Source: Clostridia bacterium (lineage in GTDB: Bacteria > Bacillota > Clostridia > Oscillospirales > QAKW01). From it: 64,000 nucleotides of DNA. Shown one piece after another: positions 23,401-31,307 of the stretch. Numbering within the stretch: the stretch's first letter is position 1; the number at the start of each line of letters is the position of its first letter. The position numbers were made by a program, and so were the translations under genes. Location: NCBI GenBank assembly GCA_017464525.1, contig JAFTZM010000022.1:30562-94561 (forward strand). The letters run 5' to 3'. The notes under the pieces are model-generated. The model saw only the letters and a program-made list of their open reading frames with translations. It did not search any database and was not told the origin of the DNA.

Positions 23401-24217
23401 GAATATGGGTACCGCCAAGACCTATGATTTCAAGGTCGTAGGCCTCAATGGCTATACCGTTAAGACCTATGCCGATCCCATGAAGGCCCTCTGGACCACC
23501 AACGAAATGTCCATCGCTTTGGATTCCGGCTTTACCTACCTCTATGTAACTGCCACCAAGGGCGAGGATGTGAAGGAATACACCGTTGCCATCCTCAGCG
23601 AGTTCCCTGTGGACTTCACCGATGAGATCGTCGAGTGGGCGAAGCCCTATGTATCTGCCCTGGAAGCCTCTAATTGGGGTATCCTGAAGGGCGATGAGCA
23701 TGGCGCCCTGGATGGCGATGCCAATCTTACCCGCTTCGAGATGGCTGTTATGGTCATCCGGATGATGGGCATCAATAAGGATCTCTATTCCGGCGTGAAG
23801 CTTCCCTTCAATGATGCTATCTCTGCCTGGGCTGAAAACTATGTGAAGGCCGCTTACCAGACCGGTATCATCAGCGGCACCAATATCACCGATGCCAATG
23901 GCAAGGTGACCGGCGTGGAGTATAAGGGCGATACCTATGCTACCCGTGCGGAGTTCGTGAAGGTGATCATCATTGCCCTCTACGGCCCCGATGCCGAAAA
24001 GGTTTATGAAGCCGATAAGGCCGCCATCGATAAGTTGGTTGCCGATAAGAAGTTTACCGATCAGCAGGATGTTGAAGAGTGGGCAGTTCCCTATATGTAC
24101 CTCGCCATCCGCGACGGTATTATCAAGGGCGATATGGATCGCATCAACCCCAACGGAAATATCACCCGTTATGAGGTTGCTGTTATCCTGGCAAGAACCC
24201 TGCTTGGAATGGAATAA
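20462..24217 (+). CDS. large cell-surface protein: signal peptide, right-handed beta-helix region, Ig-like repeats, three C-terminal SLH domains
   Basis: Beta-helix repeats of the type NNTFW / NNIFGNTL / NNNTFIGK; C-terminal SLH motifs (ITRFEMAVMVIRM, TRAEFVKVII, ITRYEVAVILARTL); strong RBS AAAGGGAGGA. Confidence 0.75.
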   Translation: MAKKSVRLLSLLLSVLMLVSMVPIVATAEYDYDAAAAPENYVKIPYDGLVGEKYQDIATDVYVVDADWDFKAGEEPEKVTFTYRNRVVTEKYDATRHLTSVAKVYEQAALDGVKMPMAILTEGNYSDPISLTGSIYILGARAGMNPNVPSDDPSVKWNLSSERALADYASSDPQGETRFWIEGAIDVGAGYGGGGSAYNTCLFTNNVAGANSVKYVFDGIVMQGYGAVIKDTQSGTGTRDYILQNCIFNNGWSYDVSTIRLWNRYCTSARNLSVSNSYATGYKQLGFYSGQGAKIQFNGMCWQDNYAGLCYDVEHIQQLGLTFSLKNSHFWNSTAVANASTLSGMFHYDRIFWSDFNQGTVSYLGTNKEPYRYTISNNTFWNMERMSGTSYATSYNLFEIPMGGENEKVVMENNIFGNTLASVKRHPLQIRYLTVKGVPSHSAEVPTLSDTTALYALTNDNLQVNNNTFIGKAYTNVMPEIGTNTADDTLVEMTGNFYTTTLGSNVGTYVKGNFTDKIYDKWVWEDNSEEGMQDPKNRTDYINEDAVIIQPLLATQGTQVVDPEDPYHYILTPASEKTSSIWMSVSSDSSVGNSHQIYTADENWNKLAEFTGNGVTAPNRENYYVVSVLSRDERTALDYKLSVVRPPYASATLNGIKEESYPDVTILESDETDMDLFTYKVDYAIKDFSFDLDLSEGAVATVYGYNSRNAKYELTNNGTVNNYTYQLAKTETPYKFEITVTGTDGKTESYAMQVIRSMNTAAAVEGVTSGENEVEADAANKTYTVTVPVATETVDFALTLSEGATAAVTNAASGGPLAPVNGTYTAKIKVGTSTYPVTVTSQDGSTTEEWTVKIVRPASSEKEILSIKNATKKNSGYTANVSTSQFIVDATVSDLATYAIYADEACTVKIADPAIALTTASTVVWLQVIAEDGTVSEPVKLTIKTNNPGEAGETPSGLVGNGIVAVNDAIFDEETNVITVNMGTAKTYDFKVVGLNGYTVKTYADPMKALWTTNEMSIALDSGFTYLYVTATKGEDVKEYTVAILSEFPVDFTDEIVEWAKPYVSALEASNWGILKGDEHGALDGDANLTRFEMAVMVIRMMGINKDLYSGVKLPFNDAISAWAENYVKAAYQTGIISGTNITDANGKVTGVEYKGDTYATRAEFVKVIIIALYGPDAEKVYEADKAAIDKLVADKKFTDQQDVEEWAVPYMYLAIRDGIIKGDMDRINPNGNITRYEVAVILARTLLGME

Positions 24218-24223
24218 ACGATG

Positions 24224-24260
24224 AAAAATATCCGGCGTTTTTAACGCCGGATATTTTTAT
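24224..24260 (+). terminator. rho-independent terminator after the SLH protein gene
   Basis: ATATCCGGCG-TTTTTAA-CGCCGGATAT followed by T5. Confidence 0.6.
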
Positions 24261-24266
24261 TTCCTA

Positions 24267-24295
24267 TTGCATCAAGGGGGACACTTTGCTATAAT
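24267..24295 (+). promoter_or_regulatory. putative sigma-A promoter TTGCAT-N17-TATAAT
   Basis: -35 at 24267-24272 and -10 at 24290-24295; predicted TSS falls at or after the ATG at 24297, so the CDS start is uncertain. Confidence 0.35.
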
Positions 24296-24296
24296 A

Positions 24297-25439
24297 ATGG
24301 GCAAGGATGTGATCAAAATCAAAAAGCTGTTCTCTATGTTATGTATATTCGCCTTGCTGCTTACCGGCTGCCAAAGCAAACTGCCCCAGCAGCCTGTCTA
24401 CGGTGTGGCGCCGGCAGAAAGTGAGGCGGAGATCTTCATCAATGGGATCCCTTTGAAGGTCTATACCGCCGAGGAACAAGAATATCTGAATATGAAGGAA
24501 TTTGCCGATGCTGTGGGGGAAAAATGGCAGGTTTCCCGGGGAATTCTGGTGCATCAGGCTTCTATTTTTCACGGCGATGTTCCCTACTTTTTCACCACCG
24601 ACACCCTGCCTCCCGAGGAGGATAATTGCTCCCTTTATCTCTGCGGCGGGATCTACGATGGCTCCAGCTGGTACCAGCAGCTGGAGCAGGTGATGTCTCT
24701 TTATAGCTATCATCTGCTGGAAGATCCGGAAAAAAACTGTAGCTATTATACCACCTACCCCACAGCCGAATATCTCCATACCGATTATTCCGTTCCCACC
24801 CTGATGTACCATGCGGTGGGAGATGAGCCTTGGGGCATCCGGGAGCTGTTCGTATCCCCGGCCACCCTGGAGGAGCAGCTAAAATACCTGACTGAAAACG
24901 GCTATACCCCCATCTGGTTTGAGGATCTGGGGGAGGTAAACCAGCTGCAAAAGCCGGTGCTTCTCACCTTCGACGACGGTTATGATGATAACTATACGGC
25001 ACTTTTACCCCTTTTAAAAAAGTACAATGTAAAAGCAACCGTCTTTATCATCGTGGATCTGCTGAATACCGAGCACTACCTCACCTCCGAGCAGGTGAAG
25101 GTCCTTAGCGAAAGCGGGCTGGTCTCTATCCAGAGCCATACTATGTCCCATGAATTTTTGAGTACCCGCAGCGCAGAGCAGCTCACCTATGAACTGCAGC
25201 AATCCAAGCTGGCTCTGGCCCGGATCACCGGGAAGGAACCCTTTGCGGTGGCTTATCCCTCCGGCCGGTATTCCGATGCCTCTCTGGCGGCGGTGGAGCA
25301 GTATTATCAGTTCGGTCTCCTTTCCAGCGGCGGCACCTATGTGACCGGTGCCAAACGCTCCATGATTCCCCGGCAATATGTCTCCCGTAATACTGATTTA
25401 GAAGAATTTGTTGAAATGATTACAACGGCCGAGGGTTAA
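24297..25439 (+). CDS. polysaccharide deacetylase (NodB domain) family lipoprotein
   Basis: Lipobox LLLTGCQ; NodB motif LLTFDDGYDDNYTALLPLL; start could instead be 24336. Confidence 0.65.
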   Translation: MGKDVIKIKKLFSMLCIFALLLTGCQSKLPQQPVYGVAPAESEAEIFINGIPLKVYTAEEQEYLNMKEFADAVGEKWQVSRGILVHQASIFHGDVPYFFTTDTLPPEEDNCSLYLCGGIYDGSSWYQQLEQVMSLYSYHLLEDPEKNCSYYTTYPTAEYLHTDYSVPTLMYHAVGDEPWGIRELFVSPATLEEQLKYLTENGYTPIWFEDLGEVNQLQKPVLLTFDDGYDDNYTALLPLLKKYNVKATVFIIVDLLNTEHYLTSEQVKVLSESGLVSIQSHTMSHEFLSTRSAEQLTYELQQSKLALARITGKEPFAVAYPSGRYSDASLAAVEQYYQFGLLSSGGTYVTGAKRSMIPRQYVSRNTDLEEFVEMITTAEG

Positions 25440-25456
25440 CCCTCGGCCGTTGTTTC
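25425..25456. terminator. perfect 32-bp palindrome spanning the convergent 3' ends; candidate bidirectional terminator
   Basis: ACAACGGCCGAGGG-TTAA-CCCTCGGCCGTTGT; encodes TTAEG-stop on both strands. Confidence 0.5.
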
Positions 25457-26770
25457 TTTAAAAACTTGTTCTCCCAAGCCAATCAAACCGATCAGATTAG
25501 GAACCGCCATCAGGGCGCAGAAGATATCGGCCAGGCTCCACACCGCATCGGCGGTGAGAAAACTGCCCAAAAACAAAATGATCAGGAAGGTGATCCGAAA
25601 GATCTTCACGCAAATTCCCCGGCAGGGAAAGAGATAGCGCAGGCTTTGCTCTCCATAAAAGCTCCAACCGATGATAGAAGCAAATCCAAAAAAGAAAAGG
25701 CAGAGCATATATAAAAATGAAAGCAGAGAAGAGGGAAGGGGCAGCTGCTGCAGGGCATAGAGGGTAATTCCTGCCCCGGAAAGCTGGGGCATCTGCCAGG
25801 CACCCGTCACCACCACCGCATAGCCGGTGAGGGTACACATTACCACCGTATCTAAAAAAGGCCCCAGCATGGAGATCAACCCCTGGCGGGCAGGACTGTC
25901 GGTCTGGGCGGTGGCGGCTGCAATGGGATCACTGCCCATGCCTGCTTCGTTGGAAAAGATTCCCCGCCCCAGCCCGTAGCGCATGGCCTTTTGAAAGGTG
26001 ATCCCTGCCGCCGCCCCTAAAGCTGCCTTGGGTGCAAAGGCTGAATGAAGGATCAAGGCGGTGGCTTGAGGCAGCTTTTCGATATGGAGCAGCAATAGCC
26101 AAACCGTCAGAAGGGTGTAAAGGGCCGCCATGAAAGGCACCAGCAGGGTAGAAACGGAAGCGATCCGCCCGATTCCTCCCGCTAGAACCAGCCCCACCAG
26201 TAGGGTGGTCAACCCTCCGGCGATAATGGCGGTGGTCAGCCCGCCGCCAAAATGATCCTGCGCCGCCATCACCATGCCGTTGATCTGGGAGGTGGTACCC
26301 ATGCTGATCAGGCAGGTGATGACACACGCCCCCGCAAAAATGCGGGCCAGATAAGGGCGCTGCAGCCCTAATTCCAGATATAAAAAGGGGCCGCCGATAA
26401 ATTTGCCGTCGGCTCCCCGGCGGCGGTACCTTACCGCCAGATACCCTTCCGCATATTTGGTTGCCATCCCAAAAAAAGCTGCCAGTTGCATCCAAAAAAG
26501 AGCCCCCGGCCCTCCCGCAGAGATGGCGGTGGCTACCCCGATGATGTTGCCGGTGCCCAAGGTGGCCGCCAGGGAGGTGCAAAGGGCACCAAACCCGGAA
26601 ACGTCCCCCTCCGCCCCCGGCTGACCCTTCAAGGCGGCTTTGAAAGCATTTTTTAGTTTTGTAACGGATAACCAGCGGGTACCAATGGTCAAATAAATGC
26701 CGGTGCCTAAGATCAGCGCCAGCATCCAAGGCCCCCAAAGAAGAGAAGCCATCTTTTCCAGAATCTTCAT
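25436..26770 (-). CDS. agcS: alanine/glycine:cation symporter (AGCS family)
   Basis: 11 TM; AGCS signature region GTGNIIGVATAISAGGPGALFWM; start at MKILEKM with RBS GGGGGA. Confidence 0.85.
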   Translation of the reverse strand: MKILEKMASLLWGPWMLALILGTGIYLTIGTRWLSVTKLKNAFKAALKGQPGAEGDVSGFGALCTSLAATLGTGNIIGVATAISAGGPGALFWMQLAAFFGMATKYAEGYLAVRYRRRGADGKFIGGPFLYLELGLQRPYLARIFAGACVITCLISMGTTSQINGMVMAAQDHFGGGLTTAIIAGGLTTLLVGLVLAGGIGRIASVSTLLVPFMAALYTLLTVWLLLLHIEKLPQATALILHSAFAPKAALGAAAGITFQKAMRYGLGRGIFSNEAGMGSDPIAAATAQTDSPARQGLISMLGPFLDTVVMCTLTGYAVVVTGAWQMPQLSGAGITLYALQQLPLPSSLLSFLYMLCLFFFGFASIIGWSFYGEQSLRYLFPCRGICVKIFRITFLIILFLGSFLTADAVWSLADIFCALMAVPNLIGLIGLGEQVFKETTAEG

Positions 26771-26784
26771 AAAGTTCCCCCAAT

Positions 26785-26810
26785 AAAAAAGGATGTACAT
26801 TTGTACATCC
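26785..26810 (-). terminator. terminator hairpin after the SDR gene
   Basis: GGATGTACA-TT-TGTACATCC followed by T6 on the minus strand. Confidence 0.5.
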
Positions 26811-26816
26811 TTATAT

Positions 26817-27530
26817 TTATATATATAGCCCGCCGTTGGGAGATAGAACCTGCCCGGTGATCTGATCCTGTTCTGCTAAAAAGAGAATGCATTTGGCCAC
26901 ATCCAGCCCTGAGCAAAGCCGGCCGGTGGGAATCATTTCCTTCAGCGCATCCCGATCCAACTCTTGAAGCATCCTGCTTTCCACACATCCGGGCGCTACA
27001 CAGTTTACGGTAATACCGGAGGGTGCCACCTCCTTGGCCAGCGCCTTGGTAAAGCCGATCAGCCCTGCCTTGGCTGCGGAATAACTGACCTCGCAGGAGC
27101 CGCCGGTCTGCCCCCATACCGAAGAAATGTTGATAATGGAGCCGCTTTTTGCCCGAAGCATCTCCGGCAGCAGAAGACGGGTCAGCGCCATATGGGAAAA
27201 AAGATTGGTCTCCAGCACTTCTGCGATGGTTTCATCGGTTTCGTCGGTAAAAGGGGTGTAATGAGCCGTCCCAAAATTATTGACTAAAAGATCCACCCGG
27301 CCGCAGGCGGCAGCCAAGGCCTCCCGCTGGGAGCGTTGGGTCAGATCTCCGCAAAAAAGGGTGATCTTTCCCCCTAATTTTTCTAAATCTTCCTTTAAAT
27401 TTTCGGCGGCTTCATGGTTACTGCGGTAGGCCAAAATTACTTCCCAGCCCTGCCGTACGCCCAGATAGGCGGTCATACTGCCAATGGCACCGCTGCCGCC
27501 GGTGATCAGCATTTTTTTCATTGAATTCAC
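26817..27530 (-). CDS. SDR family oxidoreductase (FabG-like)
   Basis: TGGSGAIG Rossmann motif; catalytic YSAAK. Confidence 0.8.
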   Translation of the reverse strand: MNSMKKMLITGGSGAIGSMTAYLGVRQGWEVILAYRSNHEAAENLKEDLEKLGGKITLFCGDLTQRSQREALAAACGRVDLLVNNFGTAHYTPFTDETDETIAEVLETNLFSHMALTRLLLPEMLRAKSGSIINISSVWGQTGGSCEVSYSAAKAGLIGFTKALAKEVAPSGITVNCVAPGCVESRMLQELDRDALKEMIPTGRLCSGLDVAKCILFLAEQDQITGQVLSPNGGLYI

Positions 27531-27534
27531 ATCC

Positions 27535-27608
27535 TTAGGGTGGAGTGAGTGAAAGGCACCGAAATATACCGCTTTGAGGCGGGTCCGGATCTCTCACTCT
27601 ACCCTATA
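27535..27608. repeat. TA-flanked imperfect-palindrome repeat, truncated copy A (70 bp; same family as 32707, 34244, 41498)
   Basis: TTAGGGTGGAGTGAGTGA...TCTCACTCTACCCTATA. The inner 50 bp is about 90% identical to the right end of copy B. TA on both sides. Confidence 0.7.
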
Positions 27609-27695
27609 TATTAATCTATTTTTTGATATAAGACAAGATTTAATTGAAAAAAACTTTAGTATAGAGTAAAATATAGTTAAAAGGAGGGATGCCCG

Positions 27696-29723
27696 ATGGT
27701 TCCTGTAACAAAACTGCCCGGCGTGGGAAAGGCTCGGGCTGCCCTTTTGGAAAAATTAGGGATCTATACCGCCGAAGATCTGCTGGCGCTTTATCCTCAC
27801 CGTTATGAGGATCGCTCGATGGTGCTGCCCATCGAGGAAGTTACCATGCATATGGGCGAAAATGTCAGCATCGTTGCGGCGGTGCTGGAACCGCCCCGGG
27901 AGCGGCGGATCTATGGAGGCCGCACCATGACCCAAGTAACGGTGGGCGACCGTACCGGTGCCCTCACCGTCACCTTTTTTAATAATCCCTATATAAAAAA
28001 TAAGCTAAAAGAGGGAAAACTTTTTAATTTTTACGGCAAATTGGACCCAAAAATGCTGCTAAATATGGTAGCTCCTCAGGTGGAGGAACTGAAGCCCGGC
28101 AGTAAACCGGGGGTGTATCCCATCTATCCCCTCACCGCTGGGCTGAACCAACCCCAGCTGCGCCGATGGGTCAGGGCCGCCTATGAGGCGGTGCAGGAGA
28201 GTCTCACCGATCCTTTGCCGGAAAAACTGCGGGAAAAATATCAGCTGGCAGAGCTGCGGGAGACGATCGCCGCTGTTCATTTTCCCGCCGATCAAAAGGC
28301 GGTGCTTTGGGGCCGCCGACGGCTGATCTTTGAAGAATTACTGTACTTTCAGCTGGGGCTGGGCCTTTATTCCACCCGGGAAAAGGCGCAAAACCATTTT
28401 CAAATTCATGCGCCATCCCAGGATTTTTTAAAGCTGCAGCCCTTTACGCCAACACCCTCTCAGCAGCAGGCGGTGGCAGAGATCCTGCAGGATATGCAGG
28501 GGGATTTTGCCATGAACCGCCTTTTACAGGGGGATGTGGGCAGCGGTAAGACCTATGTGGCAGGAGAGGCAGCCTTTGCCGCCCTTTATTCCGGTTATCA
28601 GGCGGCGATCATGGCGCCCACTGAGATCCTGGCCCGCCAGCACGCCGAATATTTTCGGCCGCTTTTTGAAAAATTGGGCTATTCTACCGGCCTTCTGGTG
28701 GGCTCAATGACCCAAAAGGAGAAAAAAGAAACCTATGCCGCCCTGGAAAAGGGGGAGATCCAGCTGGTGGTGGGGACCCATGCCCTGCTGCAGGAACAGG
28801 TGCAGTTTCAAAATTTAGGGCTGGTCATCGCCGATGAACAGCATCGCTTTGGGGTGCGCCAGCGGGCAACCCTCGCTTCCAAAGGCAAAAAACCGCATAT
28901 TTTAGTGATGTCTGCCACCCCCATTCCCCGAACCATGGCGCTGATGGTGTGGGGGGATCTGGATCTTTCGGTGCTGGAGGGACTGCCCGCCGGCCGTAAG
29001 CAGATCCAGACCTATCTGGTGGGAACCGGTTATTGGAACCGCCTGCAGAACTTTATGGAGCAGCAGATCGCCGAGGGCGGGCAGGTGTATATCGTTTGCC
29101 CCTTGGTGGAGGAAAACACCGAATCGGATCTGAAAAGCGCCGAAGCCCTTTTTGCCGAATTGCAGCAGCAATACGGCCCGCTGGCCGATATGATTCACGG
29201 AAAAATGAAGGCCGCCCCTAAGGATGCGGCCATGGAAAAATTTGTGGCGGGGGAGACCAAGATCCTGATCTCCACCACGGTGATCGAGGTGGGCATCAAT
29301 GTACCTGCCGCCACCCTGATGATCTTAATGAATGCCGAGCGGTTCGGCCTTTCTCAGCTCCATCAGCTGCGGGGACGGGTCGGCCGCGGCAGCCGCCAAT
29401 CCTATTGTGTGCTGGTCAGCGATCATCAAAACGAAAAAACCCGGGAACGGCTGGAATACTTCTGCTCCACCACCGATGGCTTTGCCATCTCCGAAAAGGA
29501 TCTGGAGCTGCGTGGACCCGGCGATTTCTTTGGAAATATGCAGCATGGCTTGCCTAAAATGCAGATTGCCGATTGCGCCACCGATCTGGAATTGCTGACC
29601 CTTTCCAACCGTTGTGCCAAGCGCATGCTACAATACGATCCCGGCCTCACCGCTGAATATAACCAAGGCATCAGGCAAAAAGTGCAGGCCCTTTTCGAAA
29701 ACGAAAACACCATTTTTAATTGA
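27696..29723 (+). CDS. recG: ATP-dependent DNA helicase RecG
   Basis: N-terminal wedge domain; helicase motifs GDVGSGKT and DEQHRFG; 675 aa. Confidence 0.9.
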   Translation: MVPVTKLPGVGKARAALLEKLGIYTAEDLLALYPHRYEDRSMVLPIEEVTMHMGENVSIVAAVLEPPRERRIYGGRTMTQVTVGDRTGALTVTFFNNPYIKNKLKEGKLFNFYGKLDPKMLLNMVAPQVEELKPGSKPGVYPIYPLTAGLNQPQLRRWVRAAYEAVQESLTDPLPEKLREKYQLAELRETIAAVHFPADQKAVLWGRRRLIFEELLYFQLGLGLYSTREKAQNHFQIHAPSQDFLKLQPFTPTPSQQQAVAEILQDMQGDFAMNRLLQGDVGSGKTYVAGEAAFAALYSGYQAAIMAPTEILARQHAEYFRPLFEKLGYSTGLLVGSMTQKEKKETYAALEKGEIQLVVGTHALLQEQVQFQNLGLVIADEQHRFGVRQRATLASKGKKPHILVMSATPIPRTMALMVWGDLDLSVLEGLPAGRKQIQTYLVGTGYWNRLQNFMEQQIAEGGQVYIVCPLVEENTESDLKSAEALFAELQQQYGPLADMIHGKMKAAPKDAAMEKFVAGETKILISTTVIEVGINVPAATLMILMNAERFGLSQLHQLRGRVGRGSRQSYCVLVSDHQNEKTRERLEYFCSTTDGFAISEKDLELRGPGDFFGNMQHGLPKMQIADCATDLELLTLSNRCAKRMLQYDPGLTAEYNQGIRQKVQALFENENTIFN

Positions 29724-29817
29724 CAAATTTTACATGAATTTTTCACCTCAATTCGCTCAAAATACTTATTGTAAAGCAGATATCTGTTTTATAGAACGAA
29801 CAAGGAGGTGTAAGAGA

Positions 29818-30000
29818 ATGGACAATTCTGTTAAGAGCAATGCTAAGGCTGGTCTGGATAAGATGAAGTTTGAGGTCGCCCGTGAGATCGGTGTGGACCT
29901 GAAGCAGGGCTATAATGGTGATTTGACTTCCGCTCAGGCCGGTCATATCGGCGGCCAGATGACCAAGAAGTTGGTTGAGAAGGCTGAGCAGAGCCTGTAA
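29818..30000 (+). CDS. small acid-soluble spore protein, alpha/beta type
   Basis: 60 aa; motif KFEVAREIGVDL...GGQMTKKLVEKAEQ matches the SASP alpha/beta family; RBS AGGAGG. Confidence 0.8.
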   Translation: MDNSVKSNAKAGLDKMKFEVAREIGVDLKQGYNGDLTSAQAGHIGGQMTKKLVEKAEQSL

Positions 30001-30045
30001 AAAGGCGTATATCCGCACAGACCGAATTCGGAATGTGCCATAATA

Positions 30046-30074
30046 AAAGCGACCCTTATGGGTCGCTTTTATTA
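30046..30074. terminator. bidirectional terminator after the SASP gene
   Basis: AAAAGCGACCC-TTAT-GGGTCGCTTTT. Confidence 0.6.
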
Positions 30075-30080
30075 TGAGAA

Positions 30081-30620
30081 TTAAGCTTCAAAATAAACAA
30101 CCTGGAATAAATAATCCCCCACACCCAGCTGTTCCAAAAGGAGCACGGTCAAAAAGGGAATGAGCAGCATCAGCGGCAGCCAGACGTACCAATAAAATTT
30201 CTGAGGATGCACATTTTGCTTAAATTCCAGCTGCTCCTCGATGGAAAGATCCGCAAAAAGCTCGGCACGAATCTTGCGCATTTCGGGGTTCAGTCCCCGG
30301 TAGCCCTCCAGCTCTTCCTGATAGGAGACCTTCAGCTCATACCGCATGATTACAATGAACAGCAGCGCCAGCACGGCAGAGAACAAAATTGCCCACTGCC
30401 AATAAGCAATGGTGAAAAAGCAGGTATTCAGCAGCAGGGTCCAGGCGGTGCCGCTGATGATGGAAAGGGTGCCCTTCCGCATGGAGATATTGTGCTTTTT
30501 AAAAAAGTATTCAAAAATGTTGTATGCCACCAGTAAAATGATCAGCGGCGGCAGGATCCGTCCCACAGTAAGGGAATCCATCCAAGGGAAAAATGTGTAT
30601 TTTAAAGATTCTGTTTCCAT
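30081..30620 (-). CDS. hypothetical membrane protein (4-5 TM)
   Basis: Hydrophobic segments; no recognised domain. Confidence 0.45.
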   Translation of the reverse strand: METESLKYTFFPWMDSLTVGRILPPLIILLVAYNIFEYFFKKHNISMRKGTLSIISGTAWTLLLNTCFFTIAYWQWAILFSAVLALLFIVIMRYELKVSYQEELEGYRGLNPEMRKIRAELFADLSIEEQLEFKQNVHPQKFYWYVWLPLMLLIPFLTVLLLEQLGVGDYLFQVVYFEA

Positions 30621-30786
30621 TTTTTAACTCCAAAGCTGTTAATAATTTTATTATATCAATATTTTTCCTCAAAATCAATCAAGTTTACAAACATTTAACG
30701 AATAGAACATTGCAAAACCCTGTGGAAAATGTTAATATTATACTATATCCAAGAAATTGACACTTTAAACCGGGAGGAATAATACG

Positions 30787-31266
30787 ATGAGTTATTGCAA
30801 GAATTGCGGCCAGCCTTTGGCCGAAGGAGCCGCCAACTGTACCCTTTGCGGATGCCCCGCCGAAATGGGAATCGCCCATTGCGGTCATTGCGGGGAAAAG
30901 CTGGTGCCCGGCTCCATGTTTTGCGTAAAATGCGGAAAGCCCTCCGGTGTTCCGGTGATGCCTCAGCCTCCCGCACCTCAGCCTAAAAAACGACGTTCCC
31001 GCTATGCGGCCGCGGCCTTCGGGATCGTGATGGGTTCATTCGGTGTGCATAACTTTTACATAGGCAATTCCAGCCGGGGAATTGCTCAGATCGCCATTAC
31101 CCTTGCCGCCTATTGGCTGGTGATGGTGGGGGTACTGCCTGCCTTCGGTGGGATGCTGCTCAGCGGCCTTTGGGGCTTTATCGAGGGCGTGCTGATCGCA
31201 GTCGGCGATACCAAGACCGATGCAGAGGGCAATGCCCTGCGGCAATGGAATGAAGAAAATACATAA
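30787..31266 (+). CDS. zinc-ribbon plus TM2-domain membrane protein
   Basis: CxxC...CxxC double zinc ribbon at the N-terminus; TM2-like FGVHNFYIGNSSRGIAQ. Confidence 0.6.
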   Translation: MSYCKNCGQPLAEGAANCTLCGCPAEMGIAHCGHCGEKLVPGSMFCVKCGKPSGVPVMPQPPAPQPKKRRSRYAAAAFGIVMGSFGVHNFYIGNSSRGIAQIAITLAAYWLVMVGVLPAFGGMLLSGLWGFIEGVLIAVGDTKTDAEGNALRQWNEENT

Positions 31267-31275
31267 AAGGATACT

Positions 31276-31304
31276 AAAAAAGGCGCCCGCAGGCGCCTTT
31301 TTTT
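31276..31304. terminator. bidirectional terminator
   Basis: AAAAAAGGCGCC-CGCA-GGCGCCTTTTTTT. Confidence 0.65.
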
Positions 31305-31307
31305 GGT

